The position numbers and the translations under genes are program-made. The notes below the pieces were generated by a model. The model had not been told where the DNA came from. It worked only from the letters and a program-made list of their open reading frames with translations, and searched no databases. 44,325 nucleotides of DNA from Macrostomum lignano (Eukaryota): contig NIVC01004491.1 of assembly GCA_002269645.1 (NCBI GenBank), positions 1 to 44,325 of the forward strand. Reading direction: 5' to 3'. Position 1 is the stretch's first letter, and every line of letters starts with the position of its first letter. Of this stretch, positions 10,976 through 23,628 are shown piece by piece.

Positions 10976-12446
10976 TTTATGTTCTACAGGGCGATTCCTA
11001 TATGGTTTAACCCTAACTCTGACCCTAACTCTAAACCTAACCTTGTTGAAAGTCAGAATTTCAGAGAGTCAGAACTTCCCATAAGCCCCAAAATTTCTGA
11101 GTAATTTGAATTTGAATATTTTGAGTAAGTGATTTATATACTCAAAGAAGACAGCATGCAGTATTCTCCAAGCCGTCACACCAGTACAACCCACCCCGTT
11201 CAGCCAGGCAAGTTCTCATCTGATATCTTACCTATGAGTCACTATGAGCTTACCTATGAGCCTTAATTTATATAGCCCTTTATTAAAGCGCGTCCATTGA
11301 GGTAACGTCAGTTGCTGGGGGAATTTCAGTGAGTTCCTCATGCCTGCAACCAAATAATTAATATAATGCAGACTCCATTAAGGTTCATAGGAGCCAAAAA
11401 GTCTGACGCGATCTCGCAGTGGCAGCCTTGGACCGCGATTGATGGCGACAAACTGCCCGGATGCTTCCCAGGAAGCTGGGGAGGTGGGTCAAAGCTAAAA
11501 GCAGTCCCTTAAGCTATTGTGTCGCAACGATTGGGGCTGTCAAGAGCCCGTGTCAAAGAAAACAGAATTATAGCATACTCAAAAACGCTTGAAGCAGCAT
11601 TGGTTCAAAACCTCTAGCATTTAATGCATAAAGCAAGCTGGAAATGGAGCTACAGTATGCTGCCGTGCAAGCATTAGACCCCCCCCCATGCAGAGCTATA
11701 CAGATAATATGCGCGGCACAAAAGCTAAGGAGCAGAAACAGGAGAAAAGAGAGATTGGTAAAAAGCAGAAAAAAGACAAAAGAGACACCACACTCCAGTC
11801 ACTCCATGGGCCATGAAAAACGGCATTATGCAGCCACACGAATCGGTGCTGCTGGGCAGAGCAGAAGCGAAATGCACTCAGCTTGGCCTGGGATGGCTGG
11901 CTCCGAGAATGTCGCCGCTCTCGATTCGCCTTTCTGAAAATCTGATAAAACACTGCGGCCTTCATCGGCCGGATCTGCGTTTCGGTTCGAGTGCCTTTTG
12001 TGGAGCAATTCTTTAAGACAGAGGAGATTTTTCTCTTTCAACTTGATACGATCAATTTCCCTCTTTCGATTGAGTAGTTTGTGTTGCTTAACGGACCTGC
12101 AGAGGGAGCTCATCTTCCTGTTCGCTGCTCTTGACTGAAGCGGAAGCTTATTCAGCCTGATGGCTCCCTCCCAAAGCACGGCTTGTAGTTGACTTTCAAG
12201 CCGGTTTGTCTTTGATTAGCGTTTGCCCGTCTGCAGAAACTCTACAGACCGAACGCATGTGATGAGTGCTTCAATGACCGGCTAAGGCTAAAATTAGCGA
12301 ACAGCAGATAGGTACGTAGAAACGCGTCTTAATAAATCAGGTACCGCTGAGCTGACCAAGGTTTACGAGCCAACGCAAAGAGCGGGCTGTTCAGACTTCA
12401 ATATGAATATTTCAATACATTGCCGTATCTTCCCTGTAAGCCGGCC

Positions 12447-14621
12447 TTAGCGTCGCTTAGACAAGGAGGTGCCTCGCCACGACGCTTCGTGCCTGAAGAA
12501 TGGCGAACGCATCCCCACTGTGTAAGTAAAGCCGGTTAATGATGCATTACAGTCTCCCACAGTTCTGCAGCTCTTCAAAGCGGATGCGGTCCCGATCTCA
12601 TATCTTATTATCTGGGGGATTAGCTGAGCGCGGCTCTCAGCCCTAAGCTCATCGCCCCCTTCCCAGCGGACCCATGCCTTCGTTTTCCTGCGGATTTCTT
12701 CTTCTGTAAAAGAGGCGACAAACGCATTGATAGAGTCGGGATGTAGGAGACTAGAAGATAGAAACTGATATGGAAGGCGAGATCGCGGCTATGGCAGAGG
12801 GGAAACGCCGCATCGCGACCTGAGACATGCTACGCACGCTCAAAATCTGCTAAGTTTCTTCAAATTTTCCACACAGACATCAAGGCCCCAGGCCGCCAAA
12901 CTCATTTGAAGGACATTTTAAATGAAAGGGCTGAAGGCTCATTACAGCAGCTGTACATAACTACAAAAACTCTATAAGGAGGAAGGAATTTTAGGCTTGG
13001 TTTTTTAATTTTAAGTCAGTAAAGTTTAACTAAGGGGCAACTCGAAACAAGGATGCAATTTCTACAGTAATTTGTGACCGTGATCAATGCTCTCTACCTG
13101 AAGACGTCCTGGGACTCTCTCACTAGTTTCTAGCCAGATCTTCCATTCAGGCAACTTTGAAGACATGAAAAAACGGCAGGAAATTCGGTGTGAGATCGGC
13201 GTGAGATCTACAGACGCCTACAAATGACAGTTTGGTGAAAGTTTTGATTGTATCACAGCCGTCTGTTGTGAGATCGGTGTGAGATCTACAGACGCCTACA
13301 AATGGCACTTCGGTATCTAAGCCCTGAAGCAACAAAATTTCAAGCAGCTTCGATATGAATTTGTCTTACTTTAGACTTTTTTCACAGAAAATTGATGACC
13401 AAAAAAGCTTAGAATTTCTGCACTGCCGCCTGAATGTTTCACATAAGCAGGACTGGTGCGAGACCCTTATTATCACGTATCTCTAATGCTATATATGCTC
13501 TCATATAGGCTTAGAGATGCTCATTTCTCCTCGATGAAGCATACATATCCTGCTGGCCTCGATTCGATAATGGCCCCGTGATGGCGGCCGGCTGATTGGA
13601 CATGAGAGGCTGGCAGCGCAGCAGTCTCAGCTTGCCGGATCCTGCAATTCCTTGCTGATGAGGCCGCACAGATTTTTGGCTGCCTGCCGACACTTCGCAC
13701 GCAGCCCCCCCCCCTCTCGGACTGACCGGACCTACATGGAGGCGGCGACTGTAATGGACTGAGAAGGCGATCAGTGGGTGGGGCAAACTGCGCGCTGTGC
13801 ACTGCAGTCGGAGCATTTAACGGCGGCCATTAGATTGGAGAAAAAACTGCTTCATCGCGTGGGAGCGCAATTCTAATTGGCTCAGCCCACTGGCCTGCAT
13901 CCGGTGCGGAGGCCCAGGACAGACCAGCCAAACTCGGAATTTTGTTATCGAATCTGCAGAACCAAATTCGAGTTTAAAACTTGGAATCCTACTAGAACTT
14001 TTTTCATAATGTCTAAGTGTTGAGTGTAATCGTGTCCTAGTAAGTTATCCCCTGATTTGCTATCTCATTAGTCAAGTCGAGTAGATAAGCTTGATAATAA
14101 TAACTATCTTTTGGGCAAATTCCAGGCTAATTAGTAGCTGTGATCTTCTCCATCTCATGAGGCTTCTGACCTTGGGCTTTGATTGACGAACTGCAGTTAA
14201 ATTTAGGTTTAATACTGCAGGTGAGCAGCTCGGATCTAATGAAGAGTATTCGACTTCTTCTCGAATTGTATATAGTGTGGGTTGCAATTAATCCTGTTAC
14301 TCCGTAGGTCAGCCTAAGCACAGTTTGCGAAAATGTTAGTGCTACTATCAGTAGACTGTACCCTCAGCACTCGGTAATTCACGCTTTGACGCACAGCGAT
14401 CTGACGCAAATTCAACAATCAAAGCCCAAGATTTGCGGATGAAATCTGCATTGTAGCTCCCGAGCCGCTCTGCCCGTCTGTTTATTTCTGCAACAGTCTC
14501 GGGTTTCAAGCGCTCCGCGGTTGCTTTCCAATGTGCAGGGGCGCTCCAAAGAGGTACCTCTCTCCCACTCTCTACGGCCATATATTCCAAGAATCGCTTC
14601 CTCTCTTTTCCCGAAAAAAAA
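12447..14621 (-). CDS. Possible unrecognised two-exon (or larger) gene
   Basis: Exon 14621 (or ATG 14581) to 14362 with donor GAG G|GTACAG (phase 1) joins in frame to exon 12703-12447 (acceptor CTCTTTTACAG|AA GAA, TAA at 12449-12447); ~158 aa from MAVESG; no recognised domain. Confidence 0.3.
13190..13304. repeat. 37-bp direct duplication (13190-13226 and 13268-13304)
   Basis: GTGAGATCGGYGTGAGATCTACAGACGCCTACAAATG occurs twice. Confidence 0.8.
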
Positions 14622-15977
14622 CTGGAAGAAGCACAGAACAACGGAAAGGGAAAAGCGGGAAGTCCGACTGCAAAACAACGATGCAGCAGGGGCCCGTCGT
14701 GTCAGGCTCATTTAGCGCTGGACATCGTGCGCGACTTCTGTAAGTTGCCAAGGTTCAATTGCTTTTCAAAGCTGTTTTTTTAGGTCGAAATTGCCAAAAC
14801 TATAGTTGGAAAGTCTCACCTGAGCTACAAGGGTCTTGGCAAACTTCTGCAACCAAAACTGCCTGGAAGCTGATTCATCATCGCAGCAGCCATGCAGTAT
14901 AGCTCATGCAAAGAAAACTTGCAGTACTTCACAACAGGCTTACAGAGGCGAACTCTGCAGAGTGGGTCTCTGTTAACGCTTTTTGTCTAGGTTAAACAAT
15001 CTCCAACATAAATATTGACAACACTCAGGCACTTTGACAAACTTCACTTTTATACACGTTTGCAAATGGTTGGCCAAAAAAATTTCCTAGCTAATTTCCT
15101 TTAACCACAAAGGGCGTTTACCCCGCCACGCTTCTAAACAGTAAATTTCGCTTCCAAAAATTAAAATTTGAATCTAACTTTTCAATTGTAAGATGATTAA
15201 TATTCTTCAGATCTTATAATATGACAATTAACTCTTATGACGAAACAGATCAATAGTGAAGTTCTCGTTTTACTAAAGCGGATTTAATTCTAAGCTGACA
15301 AAATTGAAATTATTCATTTTGCAAAGCCTGTTTCGCGTTTATGCCTGGTGCCACTTAATAGTAATTTTAAAGTACTTTTCTTTAGTGAACCGAATTAAAC
15401 AAGATATTGGGAACAAACAGCGAATGCTATTTTAGTTGAGCGAAAATTCTTTGAGAGCTCTTGGTAATCTCTTAATACTCTTGGTAAGCTACGCTTAATA
15501 AGTACAATTATAATTTAAAAATATAAAATACTTTTACTAGTCTTGATTGCCTACTATGAGTATGCGGACATGTACATGCATGCGGGAAAGATTCGATAAA
15601 ATGATGCATCCATGGTCCCGACAGGGCACGAATACGAGGCTCTGCTCACAGGCATCTCTATCCAACAGTTTAATGAAATAGTGAAGTTTCCAACGTTGCA
15701 AAAATGCCGAGAGAAGTATCGAGAAATTTTATTTCCGCTAATTTTTCTTATAGCATAGCTCCTAGCTCCGGAGTTGCTGATAATCCATAGGTACAGAGGG
15801 AGCAAAATTGTCCTCAAAGCAGAATCTACAGGAAACGGATAAAGCTTCGGTAGTCAGAGTCGGAGAGTCAGCTGAGAGTCGGAAGTCCCCAGCAGCTCTA
15901 ATTAGTTGAAAGGAGTTTGCACCTGCAAGGTAGACTTGCATCAGCTGTGGCACTGCAAAACTGCAGCGTTTCCTGAT

Positions 15978-16510
15978 CTCGTCTCCTCTCCGTCTTTTCT
16001 TCTCTCCTCCTCTTTCCTCTTTTCTAATCGCCTATTTTCTCATTTCCTCACCCCCCTCTCCTCTTCGCTCTTCTCCTCTCCTCTCCTTTCCTCTCCTCTT
16101 CTCTTCTCCTCTCCTTTCCTCTCCTCTGTTTCTCCTCTCGTCTCATCTCCTCTCCTCTTCTTTCCTCTTCTCTCCTCTCCTCTCCTCTCCTCTCCTCTCC
16201 TCTCCTCTCCTCTCCTCTCCTCTCTCTCTCTCCTCTCCTCTCCTCTCCTCTCCTCTCTCTCTCTCCTCTCTCTCTCCTCTCCTCTCTCTCTCTCTCTCCT
16301 CTCCTCTCCTCTCCTCTCCTCTCCTCTCCTCTCCTCTCCTCTCCTCTCCTCTCCTCTCCTCTCCTCTCCTCTCCTCTCCTCTCCTCTCCTCTCCTCTCTC
16401 TCTCCTCTCCTCTCCTCCCTCTCCTCTCCTCTCACCTCTTCTCCTCTCCCCCTCTCCTCCCCACTGCCCTCCTCTCTTTTCTTTTCCTCTTTTTTAATCT
16501 CTTTTCCTCA
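15978..16510. repeat. (TCTCC)n / CT-rich simple repeat
   Basis: Near-pure pentanucleotide core at about 16290-16395 with degenerate flanks; source of the SSPLL and RGEER ORFs. Confidence 0.95.
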
Positions 16511-17924
16511 CCTGTTTGAGGGAAATGATTAATTTTTAATCGCAAAATAATGTTTGACCTCAGCATCCTACAATGCGTCCATCTCCAGCACCAAGAGTTT
16601 GGCAGCTAGCTCAGCATGTATTAGTAGGCACAAGTCAGCCAGCAGGTGGCCAAACAAGCCCGAGGCTCTCAACGCAGACCCGCATTCACTCAATTTCTTT
16701 CGGCACAGAACGAAATTTAATCTCCCTTTTCACCCAATCTCTTGAAAGCACCCGTTTACCTTCTATCCCGCACTCTTCCCTCCTCAGCTAAGTGGCCGCC
16801 AAAAACCGTAAGCCTTAAACAAAGTCAGAAGTCGGCCTAATATTATATGGAGTTAAAAATACCTTCATCATGCGTTCAAGCACCAACCATGCCCAGTTTT
16901 TATCCTCCAATCCATGCCAATTCAAGCGATCCCGCTTTGGCGGCCTGCAATCTCTTTTTGCTAGCTTAACTATCCGACTAATCCGTGTTGCCATGCGGGC
17001 ATCTCCACCCCCTCTGATCCCCTGATTCGCTGACTCGCCTCTCCTAAAACTATAAGGAAAACCGTTCTCACACTAGCATTTGACGGTTGAAATGCTGATA
17101 TTCAAGCATATCCATTGAGCTTCAGACTTATCAAACTTTTCTCAACATGTACCGCAGTCACAGAACACGGTAAGAAGTTGTTTATTCAAAAGTTTAATTG
17201 AAACAGAAATTATTTTAATTGAAGTTCTTGTGGACATTGGAATTCGGAATTTCGGATGCTCATTAGTAGGAAAGTTGCATTGATATTCCACAGCCATATG
17301 CAAGGTCCAAGGGCCGTATAGCTATTTTAGTATTCTCATTCAAGCCCATCCTTCTTTCACCTAAGGGGCCTCCGCATTCCTGCCAAAATGCACATTTTTA
17401 TCGCTCTATAGGGATCGCGATGAAACAGGAGCGTGTAGCTTGGCTTTGGCTGTTTACATGGGACTGAGGCCTTAGCAGCATTGGAATGGATTACAATTTT
17501 ACAACCGCAACTCGATATGTCGGCTAACAAGGTGTGAATTCCTTCTTAAATTGACATCCAACTTAGCACTATAAGTGCTATAACACTATAACACTAATAA
17601 TGCTAATAGTGCTATAGTGCTATAACACCTTGTCTCTTAGTTGATTCCACCTTCGTATCTTCATACTGCTGCTTCCAGATGATCCAAAACATTCAAAATC
17701 ATTTATATTTCTTCTCTGATCTACCATGTCGCTCTTTTCGTTTAGCTCACATTGAAGTCGATTTTTTTCCATGGTTAAATCATTCGGAAACCAGGCAAGT
17801 TTGATATTGCTTTTTGCTTTGCATTGCTTTCTGTAAATATTTTCTCAACCTCTCTAACTTTTTCTTTTGGCTCCGCCTTTTTCTCTTCGGTCTACCTCTA
17901 GGTTATAGCGTGCGTAAGCGCTCC

Positions 17925-18410
17925 TGTCTATCGTCAAAAGATACCATGATCGGGACAAGATAGAAAGATACGATCCTGACTATGGTCGAAGGATACCACG
18001 ATCGGCACAGGACAGAAAGATACGCTCTTGTCTATGGTCGGAAGATACCCTGATTGGCGCAAGATAGAAAGATACGCTCTTGTCTATGGTCGGAAGATAC
18101 AATGATCGGCACAGGACAGAAAGATACGCTCTTGTCTATGGTCGGAAGATACAATGATTGGCGCAAGATAGAAAGATACGCTCTTGTCTATGGTCGGAAG
18201 ATACAATGATTGGCGCAAGATAGAAAGATACGCTCTTGTCTATGGTCGGAAGATACAATGATCGGCACAGGACAGAAAGATACGCTCTTGTCTATGGTCG
18301 GAAGATACCCTGATTGGCGCAAGATAGAAAGATACGCTCTTGTCTATGGTCGGAAGATACAATGATCGGCACAGGACAGAAAGATATGCTCTTGTCTATG
18401 GTCGCAGGAT
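17925..18410. repeat. 52-bp minisatellite, ~9.3 copies
   Basis: TGTCTATGG recurs at 17925, 17977, 18029 ... 18393 (52-nt period); unit TGTCTATGGTCGGAAGATACAATGATCGGCACAGGACAGAAAGATACGCTCT. Confidence 0.95.
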
Positions 18411-19457
18411 ACTTTGCTAGTTTTAGACTAGCAAAGTGCCAATCTAAAACAGTATCTGATGTTCTTTGGCATCGAGCTGAAAAACCTGCAGTATTAGTCA
18501 AGACAACAGGTGGCTACGTGAAGTGACATGAGACGCGGCAGCACTGAGGATTAAATTTTCCAATTTTGCCTGCACAGTATTGAATTTCCGTCAGAGGCCG
18601 AGGGTGAGGGTGGCGCGTGCCATCGTAGACTTCGCAAGTTGAACTAAAACTCGAACGATTTCCGGAGCTGCTCTAAAGCATAGAAGAGGCATACTAAAAC
18701 TTTGAGCGAAAGCTCATCGCAATCCACCACAAAAAGCCATTACGGATTGCTCAAGCTAGACAAAAAATTATGATTCCTTTTGTGAATCAAATTCAAGGCC
18801 AGCGGAATGCCTATATCTAACTGTGCATTGCGCTGGGGAAAGTCTAAGATCAAAGCCGGCTTTTAAGCCATCCCTAATGCCTTTATACGGTGATAAAAAG
18901 TGGAACCCGATGGAGGAAAGCTGACTGCTCAACGGCAGTAAATCTCTGATGGAATTGAGGCTTTGTATTAGCAATATGGAGCAGATGCTTACTACATTAG
19001 ATGAAGGCATTGCTTTGCGACTTAGTGAGTATCAATGAGGGCGCGAGTAATAAAAACAGTCCTATTGGCTCACTGCTTAGTAAAGATATGTACGAGTGTA
19101 TTCTTTGGATTGAGGATTTTGGTCATTATTTTAGTTCTTCTTAACTTCGAAATTCATGCTCGATTGTATAGGGTGTACTCTAGAAAAGACTAAAAAACGT
19201 GGGACAGTGCGCATGAGTGCGTACCTGCGTACAGTATATCCGCGCACTTGCATGTGCTCAGGGGTCAGAGGAATGGGCGGAATTGACTTAGCACTGATTG
19301 CGAGGATCCGCACAGCCTTCCTGCGAATTTTTTTTCATCATCTTCCACAGCTGGTTCACTGACGTCCCACTGAGTCAGTTGTTGGCGCCCCCTAATCGCA
19401 GTATTTCTGCCAATATCCGCACGCAGAAACTTCGAGCATGTGACGGGCGCCTTTCCC

Positions 19458-21662
19458 ATGGACACAGCTTTCATCTCCGGCCTGTCCAAGTTCCATCTGG
19501 ACGCGGCTCGCATGCGCAAAGACGACGACTTTTCGGACCGGATTTCGCACACCTTCACGACCGCCCTGATCGTGCTGTTCTCGCTGGTGATCTCGTGCAG
19601 ACAGTACATAGGCAAGCCAATCGCCTGCTGGGTGCCCACTGAGTTCACCAGAGCGCAGGAAGAGTACACGGAGAATGTCTGCTGGGTGACCAGCACTTAC
19701 TATCTGCACACGAACGATCCCAGCTTCCCTAAGAAGGACGAGCAGCGGTACAATATCCAGATTGGCTACTACCAGTGGGTGCCTTTGGTGCTGCTGATTC
19801 AGGCGTTTCTATTCTATCTGCCCTGCCTGATCTGGCGCCTGTTCAACTGGCAGTCCGGCATCCAGGTGAACTTTACCTTTGGGGCTTTTTCTTTAACGTA
19901 AAACGAAGTTTAATAAGAAGCTTGTCCGTACGTTCGCACATTCGTAAGGCCTAAGTTTTTTTAAACTACTGCATGTATGGAAATCTCAGTAGGAATATTT
20001 TTGCAACTCTATTCCCAAATCTGATTAGGACATTCTATGTTTCTCTGTCAGGTGAAAAAATTGCGGGAACCTGCGCTCAGTTCTACTCAAAGTTCAACGA
20101 CTGCTCTAGGGCAATTGTTTAAAGACTTCACAGCTCTAGCCAAAGCAATTTTCTCCAAAATTTGTCTTTTTGTATCTCGACAAATGGTTTATTTCTCAAA
20201 GCAGTCAGTACATTACAAATCTAAGAATGTGTTCATCTTTAAGAATTAATAAGAGTCAAATTATCATGATATGGAATTTTTTAGTTTTTTAAACGAAAAT
20301 TAGCCGCTCCTCACTTCCGAGGATCATTTTCTCTAGTAGCAAGACTATTAATTAATATTACTCTTTGAAACAGACAAAACTATTGTACAAGTCAAGCAAA
20401 ATTACATCTCTAGATCTTCCTACCTCTCTAATGTTCGGGGCTATTTTTTACGTCTAAAATTTTACAACAATGGCCCTATTCGACACAATGCTACAATACC
20501 ATACACAGAGTTGCCTCTATACGTATTAGAGGTACGATAATGAGAAATAGCTGAAAGCCTACATAACATAACCCCGCTTCCTCAGCTGTCCAACATCATG
20601 GAGGTGGCCTGCGACGTGGAGCTCATCAAGGATCCATTGAGCCGGCAGACAAGCGTGCGTTATGTTGCCAAGCACATTGAGGACTCACTGGGTCCTCAGC
20701 GCGAGCTCCGAGCGGGCTGCGTCACCAAGCTGAAGCAGTGCGTGGCCAAGAATTGCTGCTTCTTCTGGTTCGGCAAGCGCTATGGCAACTTTCTGGTGTG
20801 TCTCTATCTCATCTGCAAGTCCTTCTACATCTGCAACGTCATCGGACAGTTCTTTCTCATGAACAAGTACGTTGAGTAGCTCTGACTGGATACAAAAGAA
20901 CTGATGGTCCTGATTCAAATTATCTTAGCATTCCCTGCACTGAATTTTAGGTACCTGGCAACGAACTACACCTTCTACGGCCTGGAGCTGCTGAGAGACC
21001 TGGCGGAGGGTCGGCAGTGGGAAGAGAGCGGCAATTTTCCACGCATCACCATGTGCGACTTCCATGTGAAACGCATGGGGGCCAATCTGCACCGCTACAC
21101 CGTGCAGTGCGTTCTGCCTATTAACATGTTTAACGAGAAGATCTACATCTTCCTCTGGTTCTGGATGGTTCTCGTCACAGTCGTGGCCGTCAGCAGCTTC
21201 GCATTCTGGATCTACAAGTCCGCCTTCCGCAGCAACCGTGCCCATTTTGTGCGAAAGTTTCTGAAGCTGCGGAGCATCCTTGAGCCCGGAGATAAGAAGC
21301 GCAGTTTCAATTTTGTAGACGATTACCTCCGCCCAGACGGCGTGTTCATTCTCCGCTTGGTTGCGCAGAACGCTGGCGAGCTGGTCGCTAGCGAAGTCAC
21401 CGAAGCCCTGTGGCTGATGTACAAATCCAAATCGATGATGTCAGTGGGGCTGCCCAACGATCTCACAAAAGACGTTGTTGGCAGCGGCGGCGGTGGAGGC
21501 GGCGGCGGCGGAGGTGGCGGAGGCGGCAGCGGTGGCATCGGAAGCGGTGACCCCGGCATCGCCAGGAAGATGGCAGCCGCGGCAAGGCGCCGCCTGCCGA
21601 ACACGCACCCGCACACCCAGCCACTCAACGGGAACGATGACGACCCTGGAGAGTTTGTCTAG
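19458..21662 (+). CDS. Innexin (gap junction/hemichannel protein) A, 466 aa, 3 exons
   Basis: Exons 19458-19865, 20586-20866, 20951-21662 (GT-AG; phases 0 and 2; 1401 nt). Signatures: DDDFSDR, EL1 CWVP..CWV, YYQWVP, P in TM2 (FYLP), EL2 FPRITMCDF..CVLPINMFNEKIYIFLWFW. Confidence 0.95.
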
Positions 21663-23025
21663 TGATTGAATCTCTTTGCTATTTAGGCTTTAACTATATA
21701 TATGTATTTTTTGCTTGTGGTATTGATTGATTGGTGTGATTACTGTGTTTACTTGTCCTAATAACATTTGTAGAAAAAAACCCGTTCTATTTACGCTCGT
21801 ATAGTCACTATTTTTGTTGTTCATTACGTATTTTGAGGTAAACCAACCTAAAAAGCGCTCGTAACTTGCTTTTTTAAGCTGCGAGTTTGCCCGTTCATTA
21901 GTTCGGCACATCCCGATAATTATCTCGAAAGCCTCTCTTAGACCTACCGTCACAGCTATGCTTCCTCTGGCTGTGAAGAAACACCTTCTGGATGGTAAGA
22001 ACCAATTTGCAGATTTCTGCCCCGCCCCCTGGTTGGGTTTGTGTTTGTGCCCTAAATTTCCAACATGCAACTTGTATCTTGTATCTAACATGTCTAAAAA
22101 TAAAACTTTGTAGAAAATGACGAAGAAGATGCAGAATAAAAGTACAGTACGATGTAGTTCAATACCTTTTAACAATTATTTCTGAGCACATTCTTGTCTA
22201 TCTTTACTTTTTGCTATCGTAAATGTACTACATGTACGTAGATTCTTAGAAAATCTTTACTAGTTAATTACACACAGCGCTATTTTCTTTTTTAATACTC
22301 TGCACAAGCTATGGTTACTACTTGTACATTTTTACACTCGTATATTTAGTGTACAGGCTCAGTGCTTTTTTGTTATACTTTGACCATCAATGTTTTGTTG
22401 CCGTACGTTAAAGAGCCAATCTGATATATCTGCTCCGGAAAAATTGATTTACATGTAAGATTGTGCAAACTACATGCAGTGAAAATTGGCTTGTCAACAG
22501 CAATGGCTGTACATGTACTACTGTTCCTTTATTACTTATTATCTCCTTAAATCTTTCTTCTTTGCAACCTCACTCGCATCTCGCTGTCACTGACCGCGAG
22601 GCTCAATGAGATCGCGTTACAAAAAATATACCTCCGTATAATGCTCTTCAATAGTTAGTATTTGCATTGAACGGTAGAGACTTGTGGCTTGTTAATGTCA
22701 GTTTAAAGTGTTTGCCTCTTAATAATAAGCTGTTCTATTGCTTGCATTAACTTGCGAAGCAAGTAAACTGTTTGTCGCGCTATTCTTTAGCTGCTTTTAG
22801 ATGTGAATCTTTATTTGTTAAATCATTAGTTCGGAATTTAACTGAAATATTACTGAATATCCGTTCGCGCCAGGGTTTGAGGCCAAACTTTCAAAACTCG
22901 GATTGATGAAAAAGTCAGGGTTACTGAGCACCATGTGGGCATGGCCACAGATGCTAAATACTCTAGATTGTTCACTCAGAACTATCTTCATGTGTCAGTT
23001 TGACTTGCTACTTTCTGCCGCTGTT

Positions 23026-23160
23026 AAAATCTGCCCCCCTCCTACCCCCAAAAAGCGTAGAGTCTTGGCTATAGACAGCCGAAATCGATTGACTTTGCTG
23101 TGTAGTTAGCAGTCAAGTGGGACGAGATACACGGGAGTTTAAATGGATGAGGCAGGACCA
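23026..23160 (+). repeat. Dispersed ~130-bp repeat, copy 1 (copy 2 at 29532-29660)
   Basis: Shared GAGTCTTGGC..TTAGCAGTC.AGTGGGA.GAGATACACGGGAGTTTAAAT. Confidence 0.75.
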
Positions 23161-23319
23161 TGGATGAATAATATAACTGGATCGCCAAAAGCTCGATTTT
23201 TTTGTCCTAGCCATAAACAAGCACCAGCATCACAAGAAGCTCAGGATGCTGTACTTTTACACATACTTTTGACTGACATCAACACGGCCTGTGTTCAGTG
23301 CTCTCTCGCACCGGCGAGA

Positions 23320-23625
23320 CAGAGATCCACCAGACAGGATGCGGTGCTTCTGGGCCGCCTCCGTTCCAGCCACTGCTCAATCTTGCAAGCCTACAGGGCC
23401 CTCATGAACCCGAGTGTCTACCCCGGCTGCCCCCGCTGCGGTGCGCAGACCGAAACGCTTGAAAATTGGCTTTCCTGCCCCGGAGAGCTCGACTTGAGTT
23501 TTTTGACGACGACGGCGTGGGCCTGGCGGCGCTCACCGCTGACCCCGGCAGGTCGGTGGTGCTAGCCAGGCCCTGCTGAGCGCCTGGGCGCCTCTGCTCC
23601 CAACAACAACAACAACAGCAGCAGG
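23320..23625 (+). mobile_element. 3' fragment of a non-LTR retrotransposon (C-terminal zinc-knuckle region plus (CAA)n tail)
   Basis: TRQDAVLLGRLRSSHC..YRALMNPSVYPGCPRCGAQTETLENWLSCP resembles the RLRxGH..CPxC..ETxxHxLxxCP motif downstream of RT/RNase H in I/R1-group LINEs; followed by CAACAACAACAACAAC. Confidence 0.7.
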
Positions 23626-23628
23626 GGG

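Noticed and set aside
11006-11042. Interstitial telomere (CCCTAA-like)
   Set aside because: Only ~5 degenerate units; such tracts are common inside repeats and there is no other evidence of a chromosome end or fusion
15906-16532. 208-aa Ser/Leu/Pro and 131-aa RGEER ORFs
   Set aside because: Translations of the (TCTCC)n simple repeat
19265-19709. Antisense and alternate-frame ORFs over innexin A (also 20685-21628, 35636-36037, 37014-37274, 43025-43270, 43903-44100)
   Set aside because: Shadow ORFs expected from the GC3-rich codon usage of the real genes; no independent features
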